Sequence record: MN508616.2
From: Escherichia phage ES19
Length of the DNA stretch: 64,000 bases
Direction: 5' to 3' (one strand)
Every line of letters begins with the position of its first letter. Within the stretch, counting starts at the first letter, position 1. A program made the position numbers and the translations under genes. Shown one piece after another: positions 1-10,249 of the stretch. Below the pieces are notes generated by a model that did no database searches, had not been told where the DNA came from, and saw nothing but the letters and a program-made list of their open reading frames with translations.

Positions 1-1041
1 TTACTATCAATAGCACCTAACTGATAAGCACGTTTAATAGCATCTCGGAATGGTTGATGCTTAAATAAAGGACCCCAGAATGTAGTGCAGTTAGTATCTT
101 TTGCACGCCAAGATTTTTCTTCGCGAATCATCTCGCCGGTTTCTTCGTCAAGAAATTCACGAGCATACCAACCATTCTTAGGTTTTACTACAAATCCTAA
201 TTCTAGAGCCATATCTAACAATCCAGAATAAGGATCGATACCACCGTCAAATTTAACATCAATAAAGAATTTACTTTTTTCTTTAACGGTACGAGATTTT
301 TCTATATTTAGAACAAATTGATACCCCTGAAGATCAGAACCATCTTTAATCTGGCGCTTACCGATAATGAATACAGTATCAGCCGAATACATTACGCCTG
401 TACCACCTGTCATCACGGTTTTACTAAACATTTCAATTGTTTCAATTGTATGGTTAACCGCAACACATGGAATGTTTTTAATACTAAAATAAGGAGTAAC
501 AATACGGAATAATGACTTCAGTGATTTAGCACGAGTCATATCTGCCACAGATTTTTCATTCAAGGCATCTTCCGTTTCTTTCTTAGAAGCCATATTACCA
601 ATTGAGTCGATGAATACAATAACTTTTTCACCGCGCTCAATAGCTTCAAGCTGATTCACCATATCAATTTTCAGCTGTTCAACTGACTGAATTGGTGTAT
701 GAATTACTCGTTCCGGGTCAACTCCCATGGATCGCAAATAAGCTGGAGTAATACCAAATTCGCTATCATAGAATAGACATACCGCGTCAGGATATTTGTT
801 CAAATACGCCGCAACCATAGTCAAAGACATATTTGATTTAAAGTGTTTAGAAGGACCTGCAAAAATGGTTAAACCAGACTGCATACCACCATCAATCGCA
901 CCAGAAATAGCGATATTAAGCATTGGGATTTTTGTACGGATTACATCCTTTTCATTAAAGAATTTAGATGTAGTCAGTTCAGCAGTCATTTTAGAAGTGG
1001 AAGCTTTAATCAAACGGGATTTTAAATCTGCAATAGACATT
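1..1041 (-). CDS. uvsX: UvsX RecA-like recombinase, C-terminal end cut by window edge
   Basis: Minus-strand translation from ATG at 1041 gives MSIADLKSRLIKAST...GPSKHFKSN (P-loop)...FIDVKFDGGIDPYSGLLDMALELGF; frame stays open to position 1. Confidence 0.9.
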
Positions 1042-1117
1042 CATTTTTTCCATAGGCATCATTATATTTTCCTCACTGGTTAAAGATAGAGTAATTATAA
1101 CACAATAAATTTAGGCA

Positions 1118-1966
1118 TTAATCAACTGCTATTGGATGAATAGCATTAAACTTATGAAATGCTTCTGATTTTTCTTTACGTGAAACGCACATGCGAAGAA
1201 CCTTTAATGGCTCGTCTTCTTCACCCAACGATTTTCGTTTTTCAATATTAGAAGTTTTCCAACGAGCTTGCTCTGGAAACTCTCTATTGATTTGCTCAAG
1301 CGCTCTATTATGTTTAGAATTACTACGAATTGAACTGCACCCGCCAGGAGCTTGTGCTTTTCCAGATACAACCAGATATTTGAACAAGGCCAAATGCGGA
1401 TAACCTTGATTAATTAAATTGAGAAATGCATACATATCTTCGCATAAATCAATTTTTCCATACCCAATTTGTTCTGTCGTAAGTTTTCCAAGGTCATACC
1501 ATGTATTCGTGAATCCATATGAATTTTCACGATAATTACCCCAAGATGAAGTAATTTTAAAAATTGGTAGACGAGCATGGCCATGATAATATCCGCAATC
1601 CATGGCATCCTCAACATATTGAATCAATTCATAGAACTGTTCACGAGTTAATTGATTAATTTTATCTACACATCGGCGATCATCTCTTTTTCGCATTGAA
1701 CTCATACGAATAGTAGTATCATCGTCAATCATCCAGATTCGTTGACCTGCATACATATCAGTAATTGCTTTACGAGTACCGGCAATTCCGTTTACATCAT
1801 CAGGAATAGTTATAATTTTAGCTCTAGACCCATAGGCATCATAATAAGCTTTTTCTTCGTGTTCACGCACTACAATATGGGGTTCATAATCAGTCGGAAA
1901 CATATCAAGGGCAGAAACTGCCCCTACGCGCTGATAGCTTGGAATTACGAATTGAATCATTTCCAC
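1118..1966 (-). CDS. DNA-modification glycosyltransferase at the beta-gt locus (not T4 beta-gt-like; possibly T2/T6-type beta-glucosyl-HMC-alpha-glucosyltransferase)
   Basis: 282-aa ORF between uvsX and gene 42 where T4 has the 351-aa beta-gt; sequence does not resemble T4 beta-gt as I recall it; function inferred from synteny. Confidence 0.5.
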   Translation of the reverse strand: MEMIQFVIPSYQRVGAVSALDMFPTDYEPHIVVREHEEKAYYDAYGSRAKIITIPDDVNGIAGTRKAITDMYAGQRIWMIDDDTTIRMSSMRKRDDRRCVDKINQLTREQFYELIQYVEDAMDCGYYHGHARLPIFKITSSWGNYRENSYGFTNTWYDLGKLTTEQIGYGKIDLCEDMYAFLNLINQGYPHLALFKYLVVSGKAQAPGGCSSIRSNSKHNRALEQINREFPEQARWKTSNIEKRKSLGEEDEPLKVLRMCVSRKEKSEAFHKFNAIHPIAVD

Positions 1967-2697
1967 TCACCGTTATAATCTTTTTTCGCAATATGAGTTT
2001 CGCCAGTTTTCAACCAATGATCAACCAAGTAAAAATGACGAGAATATACATGAAGACTTCCGACATTCCATATAATGGAACCTGCTTTATACTGACGAGT
2101 TGAATCACCTGCATTCAAATCAGATACTAATTTATCTAGTACGTATTTTTGCCACGCATAATCATTACGGAATCCGAAGACCACGTCATTTGAACGCATG
2201 CTTACTACTGCATTGACTTTCTTATCACGAATCAAGTACTGTACTGTATTCGTACACATGAAATCTGACATACCATCTTTACGGTAGTCAAACTGCATAG
2301 ATGGGCGAGTATAAATCATGATACCACGCCGAGAATCAGGATTTTGACCAAGTTCAAATAAACACATATCATACTGAGCATAGTTATCTTCTGACCAAAT
2401 AGCCCAACCATAATTCGAGTTAATTTCGCCTTTAGAAGATGCTACCTGCTGCCAAATCTTTGGTGTTTCACCTGGAATATCTTTAACAAACAAGCTCTTA
2501 GATTTATACCATTCAAGTTCACGCTGAATGTATTCATCATTAAGAGCGCCAAAAATAAACGGTTCATCTGCTACAAATGATGCGCCAATAATTTCAATAG
2601 TTTTAACACCAGTTTTATCAACTACGAAATCTTTTTCTTTTAATGCAAGCCCCAAATGAAGACGGATTTCTTCAACTGTCATAGAGTCACTAATCAT
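1957..2697 (-). CDS. 42: dCMP hydroxymethylase gp42
   Basis: 246-aa ORF MISDSMTVEEIRLHLGLALKEKDF...; thymidylate-synthase-like fold protein matching T4 gp42 in length and sequence. Confidence 0.9.
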   Translation of the reverse strand: MISDSMTVEEIRLHLGLALKEKDFVVDKTGVKTIEIIGASFVADEPFIFGALNDEYIQRELEWYKSKSLFVKDIPGETPKIWQQVASSKGEINSNYGWAIWSEDNYAQYDMCLFELGQNPDSRRGIMIYTRPSMQFDYRKDGMSDFMCTNTVQYLIRDKKVNAVVSMRSNDVVFGFRNDYAWQKYVLDKLVSDLNAGDSTRQYKAGSIIWNVGSLHVYSRHFYLVDHWLKTGETHIAKKDYNGEWK

Positions 2698-2850
2698 TTA
2701 AACCTCAATTGATACATTCATATTTAACTTGTAACAGTAATAAACCCCAACCTAAAATAATAGTTGGAATCATAAGAGGAACCGTTACACTATAGTATAT
2801 ACTTATTATAATCATCAAGATTAAAAGCAATGCTGTTATAATTTTGCTTT

Positions 2851-3102
2851 TCATTCCTTCTCTCTGATGATAATTACCTGATTTGGCTGCGCAGACTTTT
2901 TAGTTTCACCCGCAATTGACCAAATAAATGTAATAAACCAACCAATAATTGACCAGTTAAACAGTAAAGATGTGAAAAAGATTCCTACTGTCGATTTTGA
3001 CCCACGCATCAAAGCAATAAACCATGGAAGCATGTATATAATAATAGCCAACACACCTGAAACTAAAACCATAAAAATTGAACCTGCTACTAAAGTTTCC
3101 AT
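2851..3102 (-). CDS. imm: Imm superinfection immunity membrane protein
   Basis: 83-aa ORF with two hydrophobic helices (IFMVLVSGVLAIIIYMLPWFIALM; WSIIGWFITFIWSIAG); position next to gene 42. Confidence 0.8.
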   Translation of the reverse strand: METLVAGSIFMVLVSGVLAIIIYMLPWFIALMRGSKSTVGIFFTSLLFNWSIIGWFITFIWSIAGETKKSAQPNQVIIIREKE

Positions 3103-3109
3103 ATTTTCC

Positions 3110-3490
3110 TCACTTAGTCAAATTTTTTACACATGAATTATAAGAATTCACTACATACTCCATCGGAGCATTTTTACCAGTACGCCATTGGTAATTATTG
3201 GCCCAATTAGCCCAAAGCTCGGCGCAGTAGTTTTCAATTTTTTCTTCGCGTGTAATTACATCCGAATTACGATATGCTTGAGCAGATTCATCTGGACGAA
3301 TAGCTTCGTCAAAATTCGCCTGCATTTGTTCGACTGTTTGCTTTGGAGCTTCTTTATAACACTTGACATTAGGATTATAAAATTTGCTTGAACAGTTTAC
3401 AATTTTTCCTGCATCAGACTGATTTACTACCGGTCCTTGAGCTACACAACCAGTAAGACCTAATGCAATAACCAAAATAGCGATTTTCAT
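3110..3490 (-). CDS. hypothetical secreted/lipoprotein-like protein
   Basis: 126-aa ORF with N-terminal signal peptide MKIAILVIALGLTGC (lipobox-like LTGC); no recognised domain. Confidence 0.55.
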   Translation of the reverse strand: MKIAILVIALGLTGCVAQGPVVNQSDAGKIVNCSSKFYNPNVKCYKEAPKQTVEQMQANFDEAIRPDESAQAYRNSDVITREEKIENYCAELWANWANNYQWRTGKNAPMEYVVNSYNSCVKNLTK

Positions 3491-3500
3491 AATAATTTCC

Positions 3501-3737
3501 TCAAATGCAAGTAGTAATTACTCCAGTAGTGCTTATGCAGGTATTACCCATTTGCACACCTAAAGATCCATTTGTATTCACATGAAGATTATCATCAATT
3601 TTAACTGATATTTTACCATTAGTGTGAATAACAGTGCTAGATTCAATCACAGGTTGAGTATCATTTTCAACACTAACAAATGGAACTGCTGCTAATGCAA
3701 CTAAACAAACTGCTAAGCATCCCATAACAATTTTCAT
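3501..3737 (-). CDS. hypothetical small secreted protein
   Basis: Start placed at internal ATG (MKIVMGCLAVCLVALAAV signal peptide) preceded by GGAGAATAAA; upstream part of the tracked ORF is an early promoter repeat. Confidence 0.5.
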   Translation of the reverse strand: MKIVMGCLAVCLVALAAVPFVSVENDTQPVIESSTVIHTNGKISVKIDDNLHVNTNGSLGVQMGNTCISTTGVITTCI

Positions 3738-3774
3738 TTTATTCTCCAAATCCGTATCAGTAGTTGATAGTTGT

Positions 3775-3804
3775 ATAGTACCATGGAAGAACATTCTTGT
3801 AAAC
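3775..3804 (-). promoter_or_regulatory. T4-type early promoter (-35 GTTTAC, -10 TACTAT)
   Basis: Minus strand: AT-rich UP region, GTTTAC, 18-bp spacer, TACTAT, then RBS/ATG at 3737; member of a repeated promoter family. Confidence 0.6.
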
Positions 3805-3886
3805 AGTTTTGTGAAAATTTTTTAGGGAATTCTAAATGTCCAGAATCATCTGTTTTTCATAAGTATAGATTTATATTACTTGTATG

Positions 3887-3908
3887 AAAAAGGGACCCGG
3901 AGGTCCCT
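3887..3908 (-). terminator. intrinsic terminator downstream of gene 43
   Basis: Minus-strand hairpin GGGACCTCCGGGTCCC followed by TTTTT immediately after the gp43 stop. Confidence 0.6.
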
Positions 3909-3920
3909 AGATTTATTCTA

Positions 3921-6617
3921 TCAGCCAAACAGGAAGTCTAACGAAGCTTTTTCTTCATAGTCCATACCAGCCGATTCACACATGCCCGCAAGCGGTTTAA
4001 CAAACGATTTTTGGAACAAAGTTGAGTGGTCAATCCAAGATAGTACGTCAGAACGAATTTCTTTTGGAAGTTCTGTACCCGATGGCCAAGCAATGCACTT
4101 GTCACCAAATGGATTTCCTTCACGTAATGGAAGAACCATTACTTTATTTCCATCCAAAATTGGAGCTACACCCAGACCACTAACAGCTCGACGATAAGTT
4201 AGCACACCGCGAATATGGAACGGGCATTTAAATCCTGGCCAACCTTTATCATCATATTTCGCTATATCGTTCGCAGTTTTTACTTCAGCAATAACTTTAT
4301 AGTCGAGTTGACGATATTCTTTCTCGAAGTTCTTGTAATATTCTTGGACAGACTCTTCACCTTCCTGAAGAATACGACGAATACTTTCTTCGAGAGCTTC
4401 TTGTACTGCTTTTGGTGTTGAACTCTGCTGAGTTTCCATACCCATGATTTTTAGATGCGGTTCAGCAAATCGTTTATCTTCCATATCATAAACGTTCAGA
4501 GCATAACGCTTTTTCGCTTTCCAAAATCCACCAATACCCTTTGAACCAAGTGGAGGGCAAGAAATAGCTTCACGGTCCATATGCATCAGATGCTCGCGGT
4601 TATTCATATAATCACATAACTCACGATATGCAACATCAATCATAGGTTCCATCTTTTTCTTACCGAACTGATTCATAAATTCAACCAAATCGTTCTGCTC
4701 TTTGAATCGGTCAAGACCAACTTTTTCAATAACTTTATCTACACAAACATATACCGAATCAGTATCACCTGCTGCGATGAAATCTTCGCCATTAGTTCCA
4801 CATACTTTATTCAGATACTCATTAATTTTACGAGCAATCCACTGAATACCAACTTGGCCGAAAATTGTGATAGCAGTAGCATTTCGCAAATCATAGTAAC
4901 GGAAATGAATATTACCAAGAGCACCATAAAGACTGTTAATAAGAATTTTACGGTTCAGCTGATTTGTATTAGCAAGTGTAGCAGCTTTTTCACATTCCTC
5001 AATCAGACTATTGAGAACAGATTCAGTATAATTCGACAGTTCATTTAAGAAATCATCACTGAACTTAACATATCGTTCAACTTCTGGTTTAGTTGAACAA
5101 GACCCTGCGCCTTTCATAATAATCTTTTTAATAGCTTCGGCATTCATTTCTTCAGCGAACATTTTCTTTTTCCAGTCTTTACGCTGGAAAAATACTTTAG
5201 CGATTTCCTTTGGAATGATACCTTCTTGATGCTTATCATACATCCATCCATTCGGAGAACAAGAATATTCATCACTCGGTTTAGGAGCTGTTCCTGCAAT
5301 ATATTCATGAATTGGATGAACTTTAAACTGACCACGAATAGTCTCAGGACTAATGTTAACCTGACGAATAATGCTCGGATACAGAGACGTCAAGTCAAAA
5401 CTCATAATATATCGACGAGCAATTGGTTTAGGTTCAAATACGAATGCACCCGGAAAACTCTGTTTAACGTGCGAACCCTGTTGAGGAATAACCTTATGTT
5501 CACCTTTCAATGAGTTAAAAATAATAGCATCCCAAGTTTTAATAGGACTCATTACACCAGAAAAAGGCATTTTAGCATAATAAGACATACTTAAAACTAG
5601 ATCGATAAACCCGCGAATTTTATCAATTGCTTGAACTGATTCTACGTCAATGATGTTATAACTAATGTATCGTTGATGATTAGTCTCACGAAGTTTATTA
5701 ATAGGACCATCATACGGTAATTTACCTTTTTTGGTTTCATGTTGAGCAACTGATTCCAAAGAGAATGACGGCAAATTAGTAAAAGCGAATTTCTTGTACA
5801 AATCTAAATAATCAAGAATAGATACGCCATCAATAGAATAAATTTCTTTGCTACCGTACATATTTTGAATTAGTTTAGATTTTACTCGACCGATTGGAGA
5901 GAAGCGTTTCATACTACGTTCACCGAGAACCATTTTAACACGATTCATGATATACGGAACGTCAAATCCCTCAATATTCCAACCAGTAAAAATAGCAGGT
6001 CGTTTCTGTTCCCAGAGATTGATATATTCCATGAGCATATCACGCTCATTATCAAATGGCATATAAATTACTCGGTCAAGAATTTCTTGAGGAACTTCAT
6101 CACCACCTTCACAGTCAAGCTTAGCAGCTAACTTTGCATCCCATTTTGATACTGAACCGTACATTGAATTCAAAAGGTCGAAAACATAAAAACGATCATC
6201 AATTGAATCATAATGAGTGATAGCATCAATTTCATATTCAGCTTTCATTGGATCAGGAAATTTATCACCAGTAACCTCAATGTCACAGTTAGCTACACGA
6301 ACAAATTTTCGGTCATAAACAATTTCTGAACCATACGTATCACTGATATAAGCGAGTTTAAAATCGTTCATACCGAGAGCTTCGAGACCGATGTCTTCCA
6401 TTCGCTTCATCCAATCTCGAGCATCTTTCATTGATGGAAATTTTTGAGGAGCGCAATTTTTACCATAGATGTCTTTGTACTTTGACTCTTCCTTACAATG
6501 CCTAAACATAGTCGGAAGATATTCTACTTCACGAGTACGTTCCTTTCCGTTTTCATCAATATAACGTTCAACAATGTTATTTCCGACTGTTTCGATAGAG
6601 ATATAAAATTCTTTCAT
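3921..6617 (-). CDS. 43: DNA polymerase gp43 (family B, with 3'-5' exonuclease)
   Basis: 898-aa ORF MKEFYISIETVGNNIVERYIDENGKER...; polymerase motif IAAGDTDSVY; length equals T4 gp43. Confidence 0.95.
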   Translation of the reverse strand: MKEFYISIETVGNNIVERYIDENGKERTREVEYLPTMFRHCKEESKYKDIYGKNCAPQKFPSMKDARDWMKRMEDIGLEALGMNDFKLAYISDTYGSEIVYDRKFVRVANCDIEVTGDKFPDPMKAEYEIDAITHYDSIDDRFYVFDLLNSMYGSVSKWDAKLAAKLDCEGGDEVPQEILDRVIYMPFDNERDMLMEYINLWEQKRPAIFTGWNIEGFDVPYIMNRVKMVLGERSMKRFSPIGRVKSKLIQNMYGSKEIYSIDGVSILDYLDLYKKFAFTNLPSFSLESVAQHETKKGKLPYDGPINKLRETNHQRYISYNIIDVESVQAIDKIRGFIDLVLSMSYYAKMPFSGVMSPIKTWDAIIFNSLKGEHKVIPQQGSHVKQSFPGAFVFEPKPIARRYIMSFDLTSLYPSIIRQVNISPETIRGQFKVHPIHEYIAGTAPKPSDEYSCSPNGWMYDKHQEGIIPKEIAKVFFQRKDWKKKMFAEEMNAEAIKKIIMKGAGSCSTKPEVERYVKFSDDFLNELSNYTESVLNSLIEECEKAATLANTNQLNRKILINSLYGALGNIHFRYYDLRNATAITIFGQVGIQWIARKINEYLNKVCGTNGEDFIAAGDTDSVYVCVDKVIEKVGLDRFKEQNDLVEFMNQFGKKKMEPMIDVAYRELCDYMNNREHLMHMDREAISCPPLGSKGIGGFWKAKKRYALNVYDMEDKRFAEPHLKIMGMETQQSSTPKAVQEALEESIRRILQEGEESVQEYYKNFEKEYRQLDYKVIAEVKTANDIAKYDDKGWPGFKCPFHIRGVLTYRRAVSGLGVAPILDGNKVMVLPLREGNPFGDKCIAWPSGTELPKEIRSDVLSWIDHSTLFQKSFVKPLAGMCESAGMDYEEKASLDFLFG

Positions 6618-6635
6618 AGATATTCCTTAGTTTAT

Positions 6636-6654
6636 AGCCCGAGTTATTAGGCTC
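6636..6654 (-). promoter_or_regulatory. gene 43 translational operator hairpin (gp43 autoregulation site)
   Basis: Minus-strand GAGCCTAATAACTCGGGCT hairpin just 5' of the gene 43 Shine-Dalgarno (AAGGAATATCTATG), matching the known T4 operator arrangement. Confidence 0.55.
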
Positions 6655-6675
6655 TTGATATATTATACTCCAATT

Positions 6676-6693
6676 AAGGGGCCGAAGCCCCTT
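6676..6693 (-). other. intercistronic RNA hairpin with UUCG tetraloop
   Basis: Minus-strand AAGGGGC-UUCG-GCCCCTT; no U-run follows, so more likely a stability/processing element than a terminator. Confidence 0.5.
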
Positions 6694-6695
6694 GC

Positions 6696-6917
6696 TTAAA
6701 TTAGTACTATTTGTCGGGTGAAAATTGTCAATCCATCTGCATTAATTGACTTAACGACTGCAGTAAAGTGTTTTTGTTCTGGGTGAACTAATTTTTGAAA
6801 TTCTACCTGAAATTTTAGTTGAAGGTTTTCTGGTAAATCGAAAAGTGTTTCTGTTGCAGAAAGATTATATTTTTCTTTAAGAGACGCCATGTATTCTTGC
6901 GGAGTTATAGCAGTCAT
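6696..6917 (-). CDS. hypothetical small protein between regA and gene 43
   Basis: ORF MTAITPQEYMASLKEKYNLSATE... (73 aa from the ATG one base after the regA stop, TAAtATG); no recognised domain. Confidence 0.4.
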   Translation of the reverse strand: MTAITPQEYMASLKEKYNLSATETLFDLPENLQLKFQVEFQKLVHPEQKHFTAVVKSINADGLTIFTRQIVLI

Positions 6918-6918
6918 A

Positions 6919-7287
6919 TTAATTACCAATCGTATATTTAGGAACGAGTTTCCATTCATGTTTTTGTTTAAAAGAAATAACTCGGAAGTTATTAGTTAAA
7001 TCTTTCATAAAAGTTCTTTGACCAGGAACGATTTCAATCAGTCCCCAATCTTCTAATAGCCATGCAATCGAATCACGACGAACTTCATCTTCTTCTGTCA
7101 TTTCAACTTGGCGACCATCCATACGAAGCATTTCTTTAAAATGAACGATATAGTATAGTCCTTTTTTCTGAAGAATATGACAGGACTGATACAGAACTTT
7201 ATCTTTATTATTAGCAATTCCCATACGAGTCAAAGTTTCTTTTACTTTCAGAAAATCTTCAGGTTTTTTAAGAGTAATTTCAATCAT
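6919..7287 (-). CDS. regA: RegA translational repressor
   Basis: 122-aa ORF MIEITLKKPEDFLKVKETLTRMGIANNKDKVLYQSCHILQKKGLYYIVHFKEM...; matches T4 RegA. Confidence 0.9.
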   Translation of the reverse strand: MIEITLKKPEDFLKVKETLTRMGIANNKDKVLYQSCHILQKKGLYYIVHFKEMLRMDGRQVEMTEEDEVRRDSIAWLLEDWGLIEIVPGQRTFMKDLTNNFRVISFKQKHEWKLVPKYTIGN

Positions 7288-7288
7288 T

Positions 7289-7852
7289 TTACCATTCCAA
7301 TGCTAGTTTTTTGAGTTGTTTCTGTTCTTTTACGTTCTTAGTCACTTCTTTCAAAAAATCATCCGTGACTAAACCTTTTAGTTCTTTTAATACTAAAGGA
7401 AGTTTTCCATTTTTAGTAAGAATTGATTTATAGTTAATTGCATCATTTGTATTAACTTGATACCGCTTAGCAAGTAACTTAATAATCAATACTTCAGTAG
7501 AATCTTCGACCAGTTTTGCCCATTTACCATATCTTTTACCCCGAGGAACAGCAGCCATCAGATAATTAAAATGGGCTTCATCGCTTAAACCTGATCCAAT
7601 TAAATTCATCGCATATACAGCTGGCATGCATTCAGGAAATTGTGATAATGCATTCTCAACCATGTATTTTGAATAATCTTTTTGAGCAATAGAGCATTTA
7701 GTTTTATTATTAATAGCTCCAATTATTTCAAAAAACTCATTTTCAGCTTTTTCTTTAAAAGAATCAGCAGCGGATTGGACAGCTGTCCAATCTTTAGAAT
7801 ACCAAGCAACTTGATGCTCGTTTAATTGAATATCATCTTCAAATAAGCTCAT
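7289..7852 (-). CDS. 62: clamp-loader small subunit gp62
   Basis: Start placed at [25 protein letters not shown] (187 aa), overlapping the gp44 stop; tracked ORF extends 7 codons upstream. Confidence 0.85.
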   Translation of the reverse strand: MSLFEDDIQLNEHQVAWYSKDWTAVQSAADSFKEKAENEFFEIIGAINNKTKCSIAQKDYSKYMVENALSQFPECMPAVYAMNLIGSGLSDEAHFNYLMAAVPRGKRYGKWAKLVEDSTEVLIIKLLAKRYQVNTNDAINYKSILTKNGKLPLVLKELKGLVTDDFLKEVTKNVKEQKQLKKLALEW

Positions 7853-7853
7853 A

Positions 7854-8813
7854 TCACTTCCACTGCATTTCACATGCTAATTGAATGAAAAGATATGCTA
7901 AATGTAATTCCGTATTAGCCGCAATTCCGTGATACTGGTTATTTTCACCAACAATTTCATACATACGAATAATACTTTGTGGAGTTACGCGTGTATAGAT
8001 TTCTTCGGCAAGTTTACCTACGAACCACGAATAATCAGCTGCATATTTTGGTGCTAAAGCTCTGAGCTGTTTAACATCTTTATTTTTGAGAGATTCAAGA
8101 ACATCATCAATAGCACCACGATCGTTAGTAACCAGTGATAAAATACCAGCATCCAAAACACCTTTAGACGAATAACTATCGAGCTCGCCAATAGTTTTAC
8201 GAAAATCAGGAAAATTCTTTTTAACCAAAGCTGCTACAACTTTCATATCAGCTATAGCAATTCCTTCATGCTTACAGATTTCAGTCAATCGACGAATCAT
8301 CTGCTTCATCATTTCAATTTTATCTTCATCGGTCGGTTGACCGAATGTAATAACTCGGCAGCGTGACTGAAGCGGTTTAATAATACCATCAATATTGTTA
8401 GCAGTAATAATAATACTACAGTTTGAACTATAAGCTTCCATAAATGAACGAAGATGTCGCTGAGACTCTGCTAGCCCTGAACGGTCAAATTCATCAATAA
8501 CGATTACTTTTTGACGACCATCAAATGAAGCTGCACTGGCAAAATTAGTCAAAGGACCGCGAACGAAATCAATTTTACAGTCTGATCCATTTACAAACAT
8601 CATATCAGCATTTACATCATGACACAATGCTTTTGCTACAGTTGTTTTACCTGTTCCTGGAGAAGGAGAATGAAGAATAATATGTGGAATCTTACCTTTA
8701 CTTGTAATAGATTTAAAGGTTTCTTTATCAAAGGCGGGAAGAATACATTCATCGATAGTAGATGGACGATATTTCTGTTCAAGAATGTGTTCTTTTTCAT
8801 TTACGGTAATCAT
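7854..8813 (-). CDS. 44: clamp-loader ATPase gp44 (AAA+)
   Basis: Start placed at [22 protein letters not shown] (319 aa) behind GAGGAAATT; Walker A GTGKTT, Walker [12 protein letters not shown] motif. Confidence 0.9.
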   Translation of the reverse strand: MITVNEKEHILEQKYRPSTIDECILPAFDKETFKSITSKGKIPHIILHSPSPGTGKTTVAKALCHDVNADMMFVNGSDCKIDFVRGPLTNFASAASFDGRQKVIVIDEFDRSGLAESQRHLRSFMEAYSSNCSIIITANNIDGIIKPLQSRCRVITFGQPTDEDKIEMMKQMIRRLTEICKHEGIAIADMKVVAALVKKNFPDFRKTIGELDSYSSKGVLDAGILSLVTNDRGAIDDVLESLKNKDVKQLRALAPKYAADYSWFVGKLAEEIYTRVTPQSIIRMYEIVGENNQYHGIAANTELHLAYLFIQLACEMQWK

Positions 8814-8846
8814 AATTTCCTCATTCAAGTTTTAGTGTAAATTATA

Positions 8847-8864
8847 AAGGGCCGAAGCCCTTTA
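8847..8864 (-). other. intercistronic RNA hairpin with UUCG tetraloop (between 45 and 44)
   Basis: Minus-strand AAAGGGC-UUCG-GCCCTTT overlapping the gp45 stop region. Confidence 0.5.
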
Positions 8865-9551
8865 TTAAAAATCGTGGGTAGAATCAGCTTCAAGAGCTAC
8901 CACATAATTCGCGTGTTCACCTTCAAATTTAGCAGCACCTTGTTTACCTTTTGCCCAGAGCAGAAGTTTATAATTTCCTGGTTGCATTTTCATATTTGCC
9001 ATATTGATAATGAAATTAAATGTATTTTCACCATCATAATCACCAAGAGTCAAAGAATATTTAACACGGGTCAGAGCAGAATCTTCTACTTTATTAAAAC
9101 CGTTAATTACGATTTTACCTTCTTTTACCGTGATAGCAATTGTATCAATTTGCAGACCACGAGATACACGCAACAGTTGTTGAAGGTCTTCAGCTTTAAT
9201 TTCAGTAACAACAGATGCTACCGGGAATGGAATTGGTTTATTAGGAGCAACTACTGTACTCGGATCGGCTGCTGGCCAAAAAATTGTTGAACGAGCATCA
9301 GCAATTTTAATATTTCCATCTTCTGACTGGGAAATTTCTGCGTCATCATTAACTAGAGACAGAATACCGAGAAAACCGTTCAAATCGTAAATTGCTACAT
9401 CAAAATCAATAACGTCAGAAATATTTGCTTCCGCATAAGTTGTACCATTAACTGCGCGAGTCATAATAAATTGACCGGATTTAAGCATAATACCGGAGTT
9501 AATAGTAGCGAAATTTTTAAGCAGAGCAGTAGTATCTTTAGACAGTTTCAT
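8865..9551 (-). CDS. 45: sliding clamp gp45
   Basis: 228-aa ORF MKLSKDTTALLKNFATINSGIMLKSGQFIMTRAVNGTTYAEANISD...; length and sequence match T4 gp45. Confidence 0.95.
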   Translation of the reverse strand: MKLSKDTTALLKNFATINSGIMLKSGQFIMTRAVNGTTYAEANISDVIDFDVAIYDLNGFLGILSLVNDDAEISQSEDGNIKIADARSTIFWPAADPSTVVAPNKPIPFPVASVVTEIKAEDLQQLLRVSRGLQIDTIAITVKEGKIVINGFNKVEDSALTRVKYSLTLGDYDGENTFNFIINMANMKMQPGNYKLLLWAKGKQGAAKFEGEHANYVVALEADSTHDF

Positions 9552-9606
9552 GTAATTTCCTTCAATTCAAATGAGATTTAATTTTATAACTAATTAAATA
9601 AAGCAA

Positions 9607-9996
9607 TTAACGATTAAAATCAGCTGCGATTGTTTCGGCAACAATTTGAGCAGCAACAATTAGACGTTCATCTGCATTACCGCAATATTCATCTTCAAGG
9701 CGTTCACCGCATGAAGTCATAATAAATTTAGCACCGGCGTTTAGGGATTCTGTAGTATGTTTGCGCATTAGTTCAATCCATTTATTACTTACTTCACGAT
9801 CGATAGCTTCATAATACGCATGACGAGCAGGTGCAGATTTAATTTTGTTCTGAATAACTTCCATTGCGTTATCAGAAAGAGACAAAACCCATGCTCGACG
9901 AATTTTATTTTGGTTTTGTGAATTTGATTCAGAACGCACGTGTTTTGGCTGAATATCTTTTACATCAACAGTATAATTCACAGTAATTTTAGTCAT
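9607..9996 (-). CDS. rpbA: RNA-polymerase-binding protein RpbA (assignment by position and size)
   Basis: 129-aa ORF immediately upstream of gene 45 on the early strand, as in T4. Confidence 0.6.
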   Translation of the reverse strand: MTKITVNYTVDVKDIQPKHVRSESNSQNQNKIRRAWVLSLSDNAMEVIQNKIKSAPARHAYYEAIDREVSNKWIELMRKHTTESLNAGAKFIMTSCGERLEDEYCGNADERLIVAAQIVAETIAADFNR

Positions 9997-10005
9997 AATA
10001 CACCT

Positions 10006-10194
10006 TTAGTCATAATAATCAGTAACAGTCCAAGCTTCATTTCTATTGGACATTATTTTTGTATATTCTGCTTTAAATGCATTCCTAAGCATAGATTCAG
10101 TAACTATATGCTCTTCATTAGAAAAATTATTTCTCAGAATATATCGTTTTATTTCAGGAATAGTTAATAGATGCTGTCCAGTTGAATATTCCAT
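10006..10194 (-). CDS. hypothetical small protein
   Basis: 62-aa ORF in the 46-rpbA interval; early-strand polarity. Confidence 0.45.
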   Translation of the reverse strand: MEYSTGQHLLTIPEIKRYILRNNFSNEEHIVTESMLRNAFKAEYTKIMSNRNEAWTVTDYYD

Positions 10195-10249
10195 GTTTTT
10201 CCTCCATAGAGATTATACTCTAATAAATTAAAGCATAATCTCTTATAAA

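Noticed and set aside
796-1083. Plus-strand 95-aa ORF inside uvsX (and similar antisense ORFs at 3982..4421, 8874..9290, 11286..11669, 23389..23718, 30592..30933)
   Set aside because: They lie antisense within well-supported minus-strand genes and have no start context; treated as chance frames.
3738-3794. Conserved peptide FFHGTIQLSTTDT at the N termini of ORFs 3501..3794 and 44048..44431
   Set aside because: It is the translation of the shared promoter repeat; both genes have a downstream ATG with a good ribosome-binding site, so the shared peptide is an ORF-calling artefact.
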